From: Octopus vulgaris
Taxonomy: Eukaryota
Direction of reading: 5' to 3'
Assembly (NCBI GenBank): GCA_951406725.2
Contig: OX597817.1
Location: 6,076,001-6,140,000, forward strand
DNA length: 64,000 nucleotides
Shown here in pieces: positions 43,507-54,609 of this stretch. The position numbers were made by a program, and so were the translations under genes. Under the pieces are notes generated by a model, which was not told where the DNA came from, made no database searches, and saw nothing but the letters and a program-made list of their open reading frames with translations. The stretch's first letter is position 1, and every line of letters begins with the position of its first letter.

Positions 43507-45267
43507 CTAGTTTGTGAATCCACCTCTGATACGTGGCACTTGATCAACAAGGGAGTTCGATGCTGCTGCCCGCATCCGTGTCTCCTGTCGTGAGGTAGGT
43601 TCATCTGGGACTCCCAACAAGAAGAGATCCAGTTTAGTTTTAAAGAAACCCACATCCACACCATGTAAGTCTCTCAGGCATTTAGGGAGGATGTTAAAGA
43701 GCTGTGGTCCTCTGAAACCCAAGCTGTTGCAGTATCTGGACCTGTATTTTGATGGTGATGTTGGAATCCTTGGCACCACGCAGCGGCGCCCCGTTCTGCG
43801 GTTGGAGTAACTTTGAATGCCAAAGTTTGGGACAAGACCCTCCAGGATTTTCCAGATGTATATCACTGCATATCTCTCCCGCCTCCGCTCCAGGGAGAAG
43901 AGGTTTAATACCTTCAGTCTTTCCCAGTAGCTGACATTTTGCATTGAGACGATTTTCTTTGTGTAGCTTCTCTGAGTTGCTTCGAGTTCTGCTGTTTGTT
44001 TTATATTGTGTGGTGACCAAAGTTGGGAGCAGTAGTCCAAGCGGCTGAGGACAAATGTTTTCCATAGGACCATCAGTGTCTCCTTCTCTCTTGTTCTGAA
44101 AGTTCGGAGAATCCATCCAGCTAGCCGTCTGCATTTTATCACCAGATTAGCAATATGCATTTGGAAAGATGCATCATTGCTCATGTCAATGCCCAGGTCA
44201 CGCACTGATTTTGACTCAGGGATTGCAATTCTTCCTGGGCCAGTGTATCCAGTCTTCACGTCATTTACCTTTGTGTGCCAGTAGCGCAGGGCCTGGAACT
44301 TACCTGCATTAAACTGCATGTTGTTGTCCTCAGCCCACCTGTATATTGTGTCCAGCTCATGTTGCAGATGCGCAATATTTTCAGGGTTTTGTATTGCGTG
44401 GGAGACTTTTGTGTCATCTGCATAGCTAGCAAGGGTGGTCATCGTAGCAACTGAAGGCATGTCTGAAAGGGCCACTATGAACATCAGTGGCCCCAAGACA
44501 GTGCCCTGTGGGACACCGCTTGTTATTTGCGTTTCCTTGGAGGTGGCTCCATTGCTCACAACTGCCTGTTTTCTGTCTTTTAGGAAGTTGTGCAGCCACT
44601 CTCCAAGTTTCCCGCCTATGCCGAGACCACGCAGTTTGTGACAGATCATACCATGGTCGACTTTATCAAAGGCTTTTGCAAAGTCAAGATATATTACATC
44701 CACATTTGAGCCATTTAGTAGCTGTTTCAACACCCAGTCATAGTGTTGCAGGAGCTGTGTTAGGCAGCCTCTACCTGGTCGAAATCCATGCTGGGTGTCA
44801 GACAGTAAGTCATTTTCTTCAAGGAATATGATTAGTTTCTTACGGACTATTCGTTCCATGACTTTGCTGATGTGTGAGGTCAGAGAGATAGGCCTATAAT
44901 TTTTAGCATCTGCTCTGCTACCTCCCTTATGGATAGGGCATATTACCCCCTCTTTCAGTTTGACTGGGAGCTTACCACTTGCAAGAAAGCTCTGAAAAAG
45001 AAGCTGTAGCGGTTTTGCAAGGGCTCGTTTGCACGATTTGAGAAGGATCGCTGGGAATCCATCAAGTCCAGCAGCTGAGTTTGTGTCAATCTCATCAATG
45101 GCTAGTGTGATATCATCTTCTTCGATGTTGATGTACTCAATTTTTGTCTCTTTGGCCGCTGGTAAAGTGGCAAAGAATTCTTCTGGGTTGTTTACTTGCC
45201 TGTGTCCTAGAGGTGTAGTGAACACACTTTGGAACTGTTCGTTCAGTATTTCACTTATCCTAGCCAT
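43507..45267 (-). CDS. LINE ORF2 reverse transcriptase domain (586-aa open segment)
   Basis: Motifs [41 protein letters not shown] and YADD, plus the CR1-like C-terminus [18 protein letters not shown]. Confidence 0.92.
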   Translation of the reverse strand: MARISEILNEQFQSVFTTPLGHRQVNNPEEFFATLPAAKETKIEYINIEEDDITLAIDEIDTNSAAGLDGFPAILLKSCKRALAKPLQLLFQSFLASGKLPVKLKEGVICPIHKGGSRADAKNYRPISLTSHISKVMERIVRKKLIIFLEENDLLSDTQHGFRPGRGCLTQLLQHYDWVLKQLLNGSNVDVIYLDFAKAFDKVDHGMICHKLRGLGIGGKLGEWLHNFLKDRKQAVVSNGATSKETQITSGVPQGTVLGPLMFIVALSDMPSVATMTTLASYADDTKVSHAIQNPENIAHLQHELDTIYRWAEDNNMQFNAGKFQALRYWHTKVNDVKTGYTGPGRIAIPESKSVRDLGIDMSNDASFQMHIANLVIKCRRLAGWILRTFRTREKETLMVLWKTFVLSRLDYCSQLWSPHNIKQTAELEATQRSYTKKIVSMQNVSYWERLKVLNLFSLERRRERYAVIYIWKILEGLVPNFGIQSYSNRRTGRRCVVPRIPTSPSKYRSRYCNSLGFRGPQLFNILPKCLRDLHGVDVGFFKTKLDLFLLGVPDEPTSRQETRMRAAASNSLVDQVPRIRGGFTN

Positions 45268-45269
45268 CT

Positions 45270-46492
45270 TTTTGGAAGAGAGGTCCTATTCTCTGGTGCA
45301 CTGTGGCTGTCTCTTTGGCAAACTTAAAGAAAGCTTTAGGGTTTGATTTTACCTATTACCCAAGCTTCTTTATCTGCTCTCTCCTTTTCATGGGACTGAT
45401 GTAGACTTTTCTCAGTTTCCATTAGCATTCTTTCGAGCCGAGTCTTCTCACCACTTTTGGTGTGCTTGCTCAGGCGGTTTGCAATCCTTGTCCGTCGTCT
45501 CATAAGAATCCTCCTTTCTCTAGGGATCCTGTTTTTGTTCTTGTGTGTGCTGGCCCTGCACATTGGGACATATTTGTCACATATGGCTTGTATTATGGAC
45601 ATGAAGTGTTTGTGTTTCATGTTTATGTCCAGTGTGGAGAGACATTCAGGCCAATCCTGTTTGAGGATCTCTTTCTCAATCGACTTCCAGTTGGCTTTAT
45701 GAAAGTTTAAGTTGGAGAGATGGTGGGTGCTTCGTATAGGCTGTGTGTCTGCGGGGGCTTTTGTTCCATACATAGACAGCTCTATTATGTTGTGATCCGA
45801 GATCATTGTCGGCATCACATTAACATTATGGATAATATCCATATTGTTTGTGAAGCAGAGATCCAGTATATTATTTGCCCTTGTTGGTTGCAGAACTATT
45901 TGCTCCATGAAAGAGGCATTTGTGAGATGGAGCAGGGACTCCACCTGTGCCTGCTGATGGTGTGTCATCCCTGGGAGCATCTGCCCCCAGGCCATTCCAC
46001 ATTGGGGAGGTTAAAGTCACCCATGAAGAATACACTGTTGTGCTGTTCAAGGTTGGTGAGGACTTCTCCTATTTTTGTTAGGCAGTCTTCAAACATGCCT
46101 GAGTGTTTTGGGGCGTCTGGTGGGCGATATGTAGTGCATATGACGATATTCAGTTGTCTTATGTGTACAATTTGAGTTTCACATACTGAGTTTGAATATG
46201 ACAGCAGGACCTGGGGCGTGAGGTCATCTCGGATGTACATTGCAACTCCACCATGGCTCCTCCCTTTTCTATCTGTGCGTATGACTGCATATTGCGGCAT
46301 GTGTATTTCTGCATCACCTATATCGGGTTCAAGATGCGTTTCTGTGAGTGCCATGCATATAGCTTGATTGCATGTCACAAGGTCTCTCAGGAATGAAATT
46401 TTCTTTTTACAGTTTCCGCGCAGCAGCCCTCCTACATTCAGTAGAAATATTTTTGTGGTGTGTGTGTTGGTGTTGGTGTCTGTGGTGGCCAT
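45270..46492 (-). pseudogene. LINE ORF2 N-terminal part: apurinic-like endonuclease and linker, frameshifted
   Basis: Motifs LLNVGGL, ALTETHL, RTDRKGRSHGGVAMY, YRPP, MGDFNLP, PTRANNILDL and SDHN. Frame breaks near 45990, 45345 and 45265. Confidence 0.9.
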
Positions 46493-47346
46493 CCTGCATC
46501 TGTTGGAGGTGGCCTTATGTGGTGGTAGTTCCAGCTTTGTGCTTGTAGCCAGGTCAGCTGCTGAACAATTTTTTGTGCCATGCACAAAAATGACTGCTGT
46601 TCAGCTGCCGCCCTTCTCACATCTGGGTGAAGCTGGCCACCTGTTGGGTTTCCGCGCACCACATCTGCATACCGTCTTTCAGTAGTGGTCAGTGCGCTTT
46701 TTTCCCTTCTTTTAACTTTTTCTTTCTGTTTTTGTTTTTGTTCTCCCTGAGAGAGGGACCTCTGTCTCGCGTCCGTGCGGTTTTGGTAGGGCCTCCGATG
46801 TGCAAAGCGACAGTTTGCACCTTCAACGCCGTACCAGCAGTCCCCCCTCAGGTAGAATTTGCAGGTGCTTCTTTCCCTGCCCTTATAGTTTTTGCTGGGG
46901 TCCCTCTGCTTTCTCTGGACAGGGCTTCCTTTAGCCTTGATTCTGTCACCCTTTACCTCCTGCTTCCCATCAATTCCAGGGTGCCTTTCCTTTCTTGCGG
47001 CCATCGCACCTCTTTGGTCTTCAGTTGTGGTGTTGGAAGCTGGACATGTGTCATCGTTTCCCTGTGTTCCAGGCTTCTCCATTTGGCTCTGGATGCTTTC
47101 CTCATCCTTTTGGCCCTCCCTGCTGCCGTCACCTCCCAGGATGATGTCCAGGGTGTCCACATGTTGCCTGATTAGAGCGTACGAACGGATAACTTCTCTC
47201 TTCTTTCGCTCTATCTGGGCGGTGGTTCCCGAAAAATTGTTGCTTTTCAGCGCCGCAGCAATAATGTCGTTCGGCGAGTCGTCCTCAGCGATCCACCAAG
47301 CGCGGACGAACAATTGCACCTCTCTCGCAGACCAGTTTCTTGCCAT
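46438..47346 (-). CDS. LINE ORF1 protein with CCCH-type zinc finger
   Basis: 302-aa ORF directly upstream of and overlapping the APE frame. It contains CKFYLRGDCWYGVEGANCRFAH. Confidence 0.75.
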   Translation of the reverse strand: MARNWSAREVQLFVRAWWIAEDDSPNDIIAAALKSNNFSGTTAQIERKKREVIRSYALIRQHVDTLDIILGGDGSREGQKDEESIQSQMEKPGTQGNDDTCPASNTTTEDQRGAMAARKERHPGIDGKQEVKGDRIKAKGSPVQRKQRDPSKNYKGRERSTCKFYLRGDCWYGVEGANCRFAHRRPYQNRTDARQRSLSQGEQKQKQKEKVKRREKSALTTTERRYADVVRGNPTGGQLHPDVRRAAAEQQSFLCMAQKIVQQLTWLQAQSWNYHHIRPPPTDAGWPPQTPTPTHTPQKYFY

Positions 47347-48515
47347 TTTCTTCTAGTGAAATATAGGAACAGAGAGAGAGATAGAGAAGGAGAGATAAGA
47401 TGGAGAGGGAGAAGAGAAAGGAGAAAAGCCAGGGGGGGATAGAGAGAGACGAGGGGATTGTCCTGAGAGAAGAGAGAAAGAGAGAAAATAAGAGGGAAAA
47501 AAGAGAAAGGTGAAGAGAGAAAGGTGAAAGAATGGCAGGTCAGCAGGGGGAGAGTGAGCGGGATAGAGGTGTAGTAGAAAGGGACAGGGTGGAAAAGTGA
47601 GACAAGAGGGTGGACCCTAGGGGGAGCAGGGAGAAGAAAGGCGGAGAGATAAAATGGAGAGGGAGAGAGAGAGATGAAATGGAGAGGGAGAGAGAGAGAG
47701 ATGAAATGGAGAGGGAGAGAGAGAGAGGCAGGATAGAGGTACCAGGGAGTGAAGTAAAGGGACAGAGAGGGTGGTGTGGAGGAAGGAGACAGAGAGAGGA
47801 AAAAAGAGACAGGGGGTGGTGAGCCTTAGAGGGAACAGGGAGAGGAAAGGTAGGAAGAAAAAAGGGGGAAGAGGGAAAGAGGGGGCGCAACAGAGTGTAG
47901 TAAATGGACAGGGAGGGTGGTGTAGAGAAAGAAATAAGGGGACAGAAGGGGAAGAGGAAAAGGGGTTTGACCTGTGAAGGAGCGGAGAGGAAAGAGGCAG
48001 AGAGAGGGAGGGGGAGTAACAGAGAGAGAGAGAAAGAGGGCGGTATATAGATACAAGAGAGAATGAGTGAAGTTGAGGAACTGAGAGAGGGGGTGAGGTG
48101 AGAGAAAGTTGATCTGAGAGAGATGCAGAAAGAGAAACGATGGCAGAGGGAGAGAGAGGGAGGAGGGGAGAGTGAGAGCGGAAATAGAGGGTCTGGTGGA
48201 TGGGGAGACAGATAAGGTATAAACTGTATGAGAGAGATAGAAATAGAAATGTAAGAAAGAGAAGGAGAGATTATAAAGATAGAATAGCGCGTATTTTTAT
48301 ATCTTTTTAATTATTATTTTCTGTTTGAAAGAACACTAATGATAACAAATAATAAAAATGTATGAGAGAGATAGAAATAGAAATGTAAGAAAGAGAAAGT
48401 GCGTGGCAGGCACGGAGGACGAAATTATAAAGATTATAAAGATAGAATAGCGTGTATTTTTATATTTTTATATCTTTTTTAAAATTTTTTTTTTAATTAT
48501 TATTTTATATATATA

Positions 48516-48570
<55 letters not shown>

Positions 48571-48763
48571 GAGAATCCAAGGAACGAGGTGTAGGAGGAA
48601 GGTGAGCTTCAAACAAACCGTAGAAAATATTAAAAAACAACCTTTAGGAACAATAATGGTTTACTGGGCGGAAGGTTGTAAAACGAGAATTAAGTGTATA
48701 TATATATATATATGAAAAAACAAGTAAAAAATAGAAAATGCTAAAATAATTTTATAGTGAACA

Positions 48764-48807
48764 TTTCAGTACCGGTTTCGGTCATTTTGAGACCTTTTCA
48801 ACTGTAA
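48764..48807 (-). ncRNA. Second copy of the PLE hammerhead-like motif (inverted arm)
   Basis: Reverse complement of 55195-55238. Confidence 0.7.
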
Positions 48808-49514
48808 CGATTAAATAATTAAATTTAGAAAAATTAGAAGAAAAGTTTTTTTAAAACAATATTTCTATAGTAGTGTTCAGATTTAAGTGGCATTCTGCTT
48901 TTCTCTGACTCCCTTGTTTGCACTTGTGTGTTCGAGGTAGTTGTGAGTTCTTGGTAGGGTAGTAGAGGGAAGGCTGGTGAGGAAAGGGGGTGGGAGAATC
49001 TGGGAGTGCCCTGATGGTCGTATTTTGAATGGTCAGTGGCGGCTGGCAGTCTCAGTTCAATTCAGGAGAATATTTATATCGACAGGCTTGTTTATAGAAT
49101 TAGCGTAGGTGTTATACTAAAAAACATTAGTGACAAACTTAAGGGGTAGGGGTGGAGAAGAAGAAGAAGAAGAAGAAGAAGAAGAAGAAGAAGAAGGAGA
49201 AGGAGAAGATGATGGTGATGGTGGTGATGATTATGACGACGATGATGATGATAACGATGATGATGAAGAAGAAGAAGAAGAAGAAGAAGGAGGAGAAGGA
49301 GAAGATGGTGGTGATGATGGTGGCGATGATGATGACGCCGATGATGATGATAACGATGATGATGAAGAAGAAGAAGAAGAAAAAAACAGAGAAGGGAGAA
49401 TATGAATGGGTGTAAATATAGCTATGAAGGGGCTGATTAGTAATGGATTCTATGGAGTGTAGTATGTGTGTGTGTATATATATTTTTTTCTTTTATTCTA
49501 AAGTTGAGGTATAT

Positions 49515-51195
49515 TAATTGTTTGTCGTAGACCCGTTAAGAAGTGGCTTGTATTTTGTAATAAAGAGATTTTCTTTACTTATTCTTTGTCTCGAGGTTGT
49601 ATCGTCCCTAAATTGATAGAGGGGGAAAATTCTGAAGTTTGGTGTTTTTTGTTGGCGCAAGTATCTATGTGTTGGCTAAAAGCTATTTTTCTGTTTTGGG
49701 GAATTTTTATCTGGGATCTGTGCAGGGCCATTCGTTTACGCAAACCATTTTTTGTTTGGCCTATGTACTGCTCTTGACACCCGGAGCAGGTTAGTGAGTA
49801 TATTAGGTTCTCCGAAGCACATGTGAAGTTGCTTTTCACTGTAAACCGTTGTCCCTGTTTGAAGGAGAACTCAGAACCCTCGATTAGATAGTCGCATATC
49901 CCGCAATTGGGTCTTCCACATTTTTTTACTGTCGGCTTCTGTGTTGAAGAGTGAATTCGGGCTTGTGTAAGGAGACTTTTCATGGATCTAGGCTGTCTTT
50001 TGCTTTTTATGATCGTGTGTGTTTGGAGGATTGTGTTCATTCTGTGGTCTTTTTTTAGGAGGGGTATGTTGTGGAGGATGGTGTCGAAGGCTTCGTTATT
50101 GAGAGGGTTGTGTGTGGAGATGTATGGTAAGGCTTTTGGTTGTAAGTTTTTCTTTGATTTGGGATGTCTCAGTTCCTTGATGTTAAGTTGAAGGGCACGT
50201 TGAATGCACTTGTCAATAAGTGAAGGTGGATAGTTCCTGGTGATTAGGGTATCTTTTAGTTCTTGTAGTCGTGTGTCTCTGGTGTTTGCGTTAGAGACTA
50301 TAGTGCATATCCTTTTGCTAGATTGAAGGGGATATTCATCCTGGTGTGTCTGGGGTGGCATGAATTGAATGGAAGATATTGCTTAGAGTCTGTAGGCTTA
50401 TAGTATATGTCTGTTTCCATTATATTATTAGCTTTCTTAATGAGGATATCGAGGAAGGGGAGTTGTTGTTGGCTATATTCCATCGTGAATTGGATGTTTA
50501 CGTCCAGTCCGTTTAAAATTTTCTGGAATTCTATGAGTTTTTCTATATTTTTATGCCAAAGGATGAAACAGTCATCTAGATATCTCTTCCAGTTGTTTTC
50601 TATGTAGATGGAGAAAGGGCTGCCATATCTTTCTAGAACCTTACGATACAGACTGATCTCTAGGTATCCTATGACTAGGTTGGCAAAGGAGGGGGCCATT
50701 CGTGTACCCATCGCAGTCCCCGATTTTTGTCGGTAGAAGTTGTCATTGAAGGCGAAGAAGTTATTTTCCAGGATGAATTTAACCCCTTCTATCACAAATT
50801 CTTTTTTGATGCGGTGTGGTAGTTCGTTGGCGTGATTCTCTAGCCAGAATTGGATTGCCTCTAGTCCTAGGTTGTGGGGGATATTGGAGTAGAGGTTGAC
50901 TACATCGAAGGATACCAGTATGGTGTTTTTGTTTATAGTATTCGGTAGGTGATTGAGCATATCTAAGTCGTCCCTTATATAGCTTTTGACATGTTTGAGG
51001 AGTGGTTTTAACAGGGTGTCTAAAAAGTTACTGAGGCGGTGGGTTTCGCATGCGGGACCTGCTATTATGGGTCTCAATTTGAGGTCATTAGGATTAGGGA
51101 CTTTAATTATTTTGTCTGTAGCTATCTTGCATGCGTGTTGCTTATTTTTTCACTTTTGTGGATCTTAGGTATACCGTAGAATTGGCTAGTTTTAC
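49515..51195 (-). pseudogene. Inverted partial copy of the PLE RT-GIY-YIG ORF, frameshifted
   Basis: Track ORFs 50298..51077 and 49579..50361 are near-identical to the C-terminal part of the 717-aa ORF. They are broken by small indels in homopolymers. Confidence 0.9.
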
Positions 51196-51249
51196 CAAGG
51201 ACCTCCAAACGCGTCAATATATGGGATCAATACTCTAACAACATACCAA

Positions 51250-52203
51250 ATGAAACACCACATAATACCACAATGGAACAAATCACTCAGAGATAGAAAG
51301 TTCGCCTTTTGGAAGATGATCCAAAACAACAACAAAGCGGATATATACGAAAAATGGCTCAACCGGACCCCGTTAATCCTCCCACGTAAATTCCAGTTCA
51401 AAGCTATTACAGAAGAACCTGAAACACAAAGACACCTCAGGGAGAGAATGGCACTGGAAAAAATGAAAATGGAAATAGAACTTCTGAAATTGAGGGCCCA
51501 AACGAATGAGGATAAAATAAAATCCACCGATGAAGATATCAACGAAGAAATTCGCAAAATGACCCAAGGCCCAGATCAAGAGAAGTTCTCCAAACTATGG
51601 AAAGAGGACTGTGAAAATGAAGAACTAAAATCTCTCCAACGCTGGGAGAAAAGCGCCACTTGGTTCTCAGACTATGAAGCCGTCTTTCAAACAGAGCACG
51701 CCTCCAACAACCCTTTCCAGAAAATAAGAAAACCAAAACAACACCCAAACACCGATACACACCTGTCTAAAAATCGGAACCTTCACTACTATCAAAAAAA
51801 GAATACAGGACCTAACCCCAACTCTGTAAGCAGCCAGCGATACAATATCAGGAATACCCCCACTTCAAGCAGAGAAAGGATAAATCAACACCCACAGCAT
51901 AGACACTGCAACCTCATCCCCACCCAAAGGAGTTACCAACGAAATCTTCGTCCCATTAACCGGTTAAACAACCATGCACAACAAACCCACACCACTTGCA
52001 ATGATTACCAACGAAGGCCTCCTAGAACACCACACCCGAATATGGGATATCGGGATGCTCTCCTCAATACTGCTCCAAGAACACACACCACAAATCACAA
52101 CAGGAGACCCCTAATCAACAAAGAACAACTATATACTAGCTACCGTCCCAACCACCGCATTCATTTTTTAGACCCAATACGCAAACACAGAGACACAAGA
52201 TAG
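51250..52203 (+). CDS. PLE ORF1: helical/coiled-coil-like N-terminal half plus basic low-complexity tail; probably 5'-truncated
   Basis: 317-aa stop-free ORF. The frame stays open up to the inversion junction at 51196. A decayed homolog at ~12780-13150 translates as FPRKLRIKPIPEKPEQKRQLREKLALEKI*LEIELLKLR, versus LPRKFQFKAITEEPETQRHLRERMALEKMKMEIELLKLR here. Confidence 0.8.
   Translation: MKHHIIPQWNKSLRDRKFAFWKMIQNNNKADIYEKWLNRTPLILPRKFQFKAITEEPETQRHLRERMALEKMKMEIELLKLRAQTNEDKIKSTDEDINEEIRKMTQGPDQEKFSKLWKEDCENEELKSLQRWEKSATWFSDYEAVFQTEHASNNPFQKIRKPKQHPNTDTHLSKNRNLHYYQKKNTGPNPNSVSSQRYNIRNTPTSSRERINQHPQHRHCNLIPTQRSYQRNLRPINRLNNHAQQTHTTCNDYQRRPPRTPHPNMGYRDALLNTAPRTHTTNHNRRPLINKEQLYTSYRPNHRIHFLDPIRKHRDTR
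52164..52170 (+). promoter_or_regulatory. Candidate -1 ribosomal frameshift slippery heptamer T_TTT_TTA
   Basis: It reads caT TTT TTA gac in the ORF1 frame, and a -1 slip enters the RT frame. It lies within the 52140-52203 ORF overlap. Confidence 0.7.
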
Positions 52204-52340
52204 CACCAAACAAGCAGGAGGAACCAAAAGTAATAAAAATTATTAATCTAACTCACAAGGAACTAACAGCAAACCAAATAAACATACTTTCCAAAGGACT
52301 CAAGTTTACACCCACCCCACAACACCCCAACTACAATGAA

Positions 52341-54494
52341 ATGAAAGAAGACATCGCAGAATTCTGCAGAAAATTAAGACTTACTGAGGAGCTATACGAT
52401 AAATACAACGAGGACGAATCGTTAGCCAGAAATAGGAGTAACTACACCCCCTCGAAAGGTAAGAATAAAACACTTGATGATTTCTGTGACCACATATCAA
52501 ATTACCCATATCAACATATGCACAAACAAAAACACAAACCAAACTTCAGCAAAAAAGAATGGGCTGAGTTGAACAAATTAAAACTAGATAAAACAATAAC
52601 AATCAAAGAGGCCGATAAAGGGAGTGCTGTTGTCTTAATGGATACGACATTTTACATAACTTTGGTACTTTCTATGCTGGAAGACACAACATACTATGAA
52701 AAGGCACAAAACTACAGTCAACAAAAAATAATGAGGGAACTAAAATCCATATTAAACCCATACAAAGCAGGGCTCACCGACAAAGAATATGATTATATGA
52801 CCAATTTCACAAGTAAAACTAGCCAATTCTACGGTATACCTAAGATCCACAAAAGTGAAAAAATAAGCAACGCATGCAAGATAGCTACAGACAAAATAAT
52901 TAAAGTCCCTAATCCTAATGACCTCAAATTGAGACCCATAATAGCAGGTCCCGCATGCGAAACCCACCGCCTCAGTAACTTTTTAGACACCCTGTTAAAA
53001 CCACTCCTCAAACATGTCAAAAGCTATATAAGGGACGACTTAGATATGCTCAATCACCTACCGAATACTATAAACAAAAACACCATACTGGTATCCTTCG
53101 ATGTAGTCAACCTCTACTCCAATATCCCCCACAACCTAGGACTAGAGGCAATCCAATTCTGGCTAGAGAATCACGCCAACGAACTACCACACCGCATCAA
53201 AAAAGAATTTGTGATAGAAGGGGTTAAATTCATCCTGGAAAATAACTTCTTCGCCTTCAATGACAACTTCTACCGACAAAAATCGGGGACTGCGATGGGT
53301 ACACGAATAGCCCCCTCCTTTGCCAACCTAGTCATAGGATACCTAGAGATCAGTCTGTATCGTAAGGTTCTAGAAAGATATGGCAGCCCTTTCTCCATCT
53401 ACATAGAAAACAACTGGAAGAGATATCTAGATGACTGTTTCACCCTTTGGCATAAAAATATAGAAAAACTCATAGAATTCCAGAAAATTTTAAACGGACT
53501 GGACGTAAACATCCAATTCACGATGGAATATAGCCAACAACAACTCCCCTTCCTCGATATCCTCATTAAGAAAGCTAATAATATAATGGAAACAGACATA
53601 TACTATAAGCCTACAGACTCTAAGCAATATCTTCCATTCAATTCATGCCACCCCAGACACACCAGGATGAATATCCCCTTCAATCTAGCAAAAAGGATAT
53701 GCACTATAGTCTCTAACGCAAACACCAGAGACACACGACTACAAGAACTAAAAGATACCCTAATCACCAGGAACTATCCACCTTCACTTATTGACAAGTG
53801 CATTCAACGTGCCCTTCAACTTAACATCAAGGAACTGAGACATCCCAAATCAAAGAAAAACTTACAACCAAAAGCCTTACCATACATCTCCACACACAAC
53901 CCTCTCAATAACGAAGCCTTCGACACCATCCTCCACAACATACCCCTCCTAAAAAAAGACCACAGAATGAACACAATCCTCCAAACACACACGATCATAA
54001 AAAGCAAAAGACAGCCTAGATCCATGAAAAGTCTCCTTACACAAGCCCGAATTCACTCTTCAACACAGAAGCCGACAGTAAAAAAATGTGGAAGACCCAA
54101 TTGCGGGATATGCGACTATCTAATCGAGGGTTCTGAGTTCTCCTTCAAACAGGGACAACGGTTTACAGTGAAAAGCAACTTCACATGTGCTTCGGAGAAC
54201 CTAATATACTCACTAACCTGCTCCGGGTGTCAAGAGCAGTACATAGGCCAAACAAAAAATGGTTTGCGTAAACGAATGGCCCTGCACAGATCCCAGATAA
54301 AAATTCCCCAAAACAGAAAAATAGCTTTTAGCCAACACATAGATACTTGCGCCAACAAAAAAACACCAAACTTCAGAATTTTCCCCCTCTATCAATTTAG
54401 GGACGATACAACCTCGAGACAAAGAATAAGTAAAGAAAATCTCTTTATTACAAAATACAAGCCACTTCTTAACGGGTCTACGACAAACAATTAA
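52341..54494 (+). CDS. PLE reverse transcriptase - Zn knuckle - GIY-YIG endonuclease (717 aa from first ATG; frame is open from 52140)
   Basis: RT motifs FYGIPKIHK, LRPIIA, LVSFDVVNLYSNIP, YRQKSGTAMGT, RYLDD and LPFLD. Cys motif CGRPNCGIC. GIY-YIG motif NLIYSLTCSGCQEQYIGQT..LRKRMALH..KENLFITKYKPLLN. The in-frame PLE N-terminal motif IINLTHKELTANQINILSKGLKFTPTP lies upstream of the ATG. Confidence 0.95.
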   Translation: MKEDIAEFCRKLRLTEELYDKYNEDESLARNRSNYTPSKGKNKTLDDFCDHISNYPYQHMHKQKHKPNFSKKEWAELNKLKLDKTITIKEADKGSAVVLMDTTFYITLVLSMLEDTTYYEKAQNYSQQKIMRELKSILNPYKAGLTDKEYDYMTNFTSKTSQFYGIPKIHKSEKISNACKIATDKIIKVPNPNDLKLRPIIAGPACETHRLSNFLDTLLKPLLKHVKSYIRDDLDMLNHLPNTINKNTILVSFDVVNLYSNIPHNLGLEAIQFWLENHANELPHRIKKEFVIEGVKFILENNFFAFNDNFYRQKSGTAMGTRIAPSFANLVIGYLEISLYRKVLERYGSPFSIYIENNWKRYLDDCFTLWHKNIEKLIEFQKILNGLDVNIQFTMEYSQQQLPFLDILIKKANNIMETDIYYKPTDSKQYLPFNSCHPRHTRMNIPFNLAKRICTIVSNANTRDTRLQELKDTLITRNYPPSLIDKCIQRALQLNIKELRHPKSKKNLQPKALPYISTHNPLNNEAFDTILHNIPLLKKDHRMNTILQTHTIIKSKRQPRSMKSLLTQARIHSSTQKPTVKKCGRPNCGICDYLIEGSEFSFKQGQRFTVKSNFTCASENLIYSLTCSGCQEQYIGQTKNGLRKRMALHRSQIKIPQNRKIAFSQHIDTCANKKTPNFRIFPLYQFRDDTTSRQRISKENLFITKYKPLLNGSTTNN

Positions 54495-54609
54495 TATACC
54501 TCAACTTTAGAATAAAAGAAAAAATATATATACACACACACATACTACACTCCATAGAATCCATTACTAATCAGCCCCTTCATAGCTATATTTACACCCA
54601 TTCATATTC

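Larger units (their letters stand above)
43430..48500 (-). mobile_element. Near-full-length CR1-group LINE (ORF1 + APE-RT ORF2) with a pyrimidine-rich 5' UTR; 5' end approximate
   Basis: ORF1, APE and RT domains are colinear on the minus strand. The short 3' UTR ends in a (TTTTAAGGA)n tail next to (TA)n. Confidence 0.9.

Noticed and set aside
43694-47356. Antisense and alternative-frame ORFs over the LINE and PLE
   Set aside because: Shadow ORFs of genuine TE coding frames.
47400-48300. GA-rich ORFs and possible triplex/G4 region
   Set aside because: Low-complexity 5' UTR of the LINE with no specific signal.
48569-48696. 130-bp island between TA tracts, considered as a target-site duplication or extra PLE terminus
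   Set aside because: It has no match to the right flank (55297-55325) or to the element interior that I can see.
49130-49415. Poly-Glu/Asp and poly-Lys/Met ORFs, also at 54592-54849
   Set aside because: Antisense reading of the CTT/CAT microsatellite in the PLE 3' UTR.
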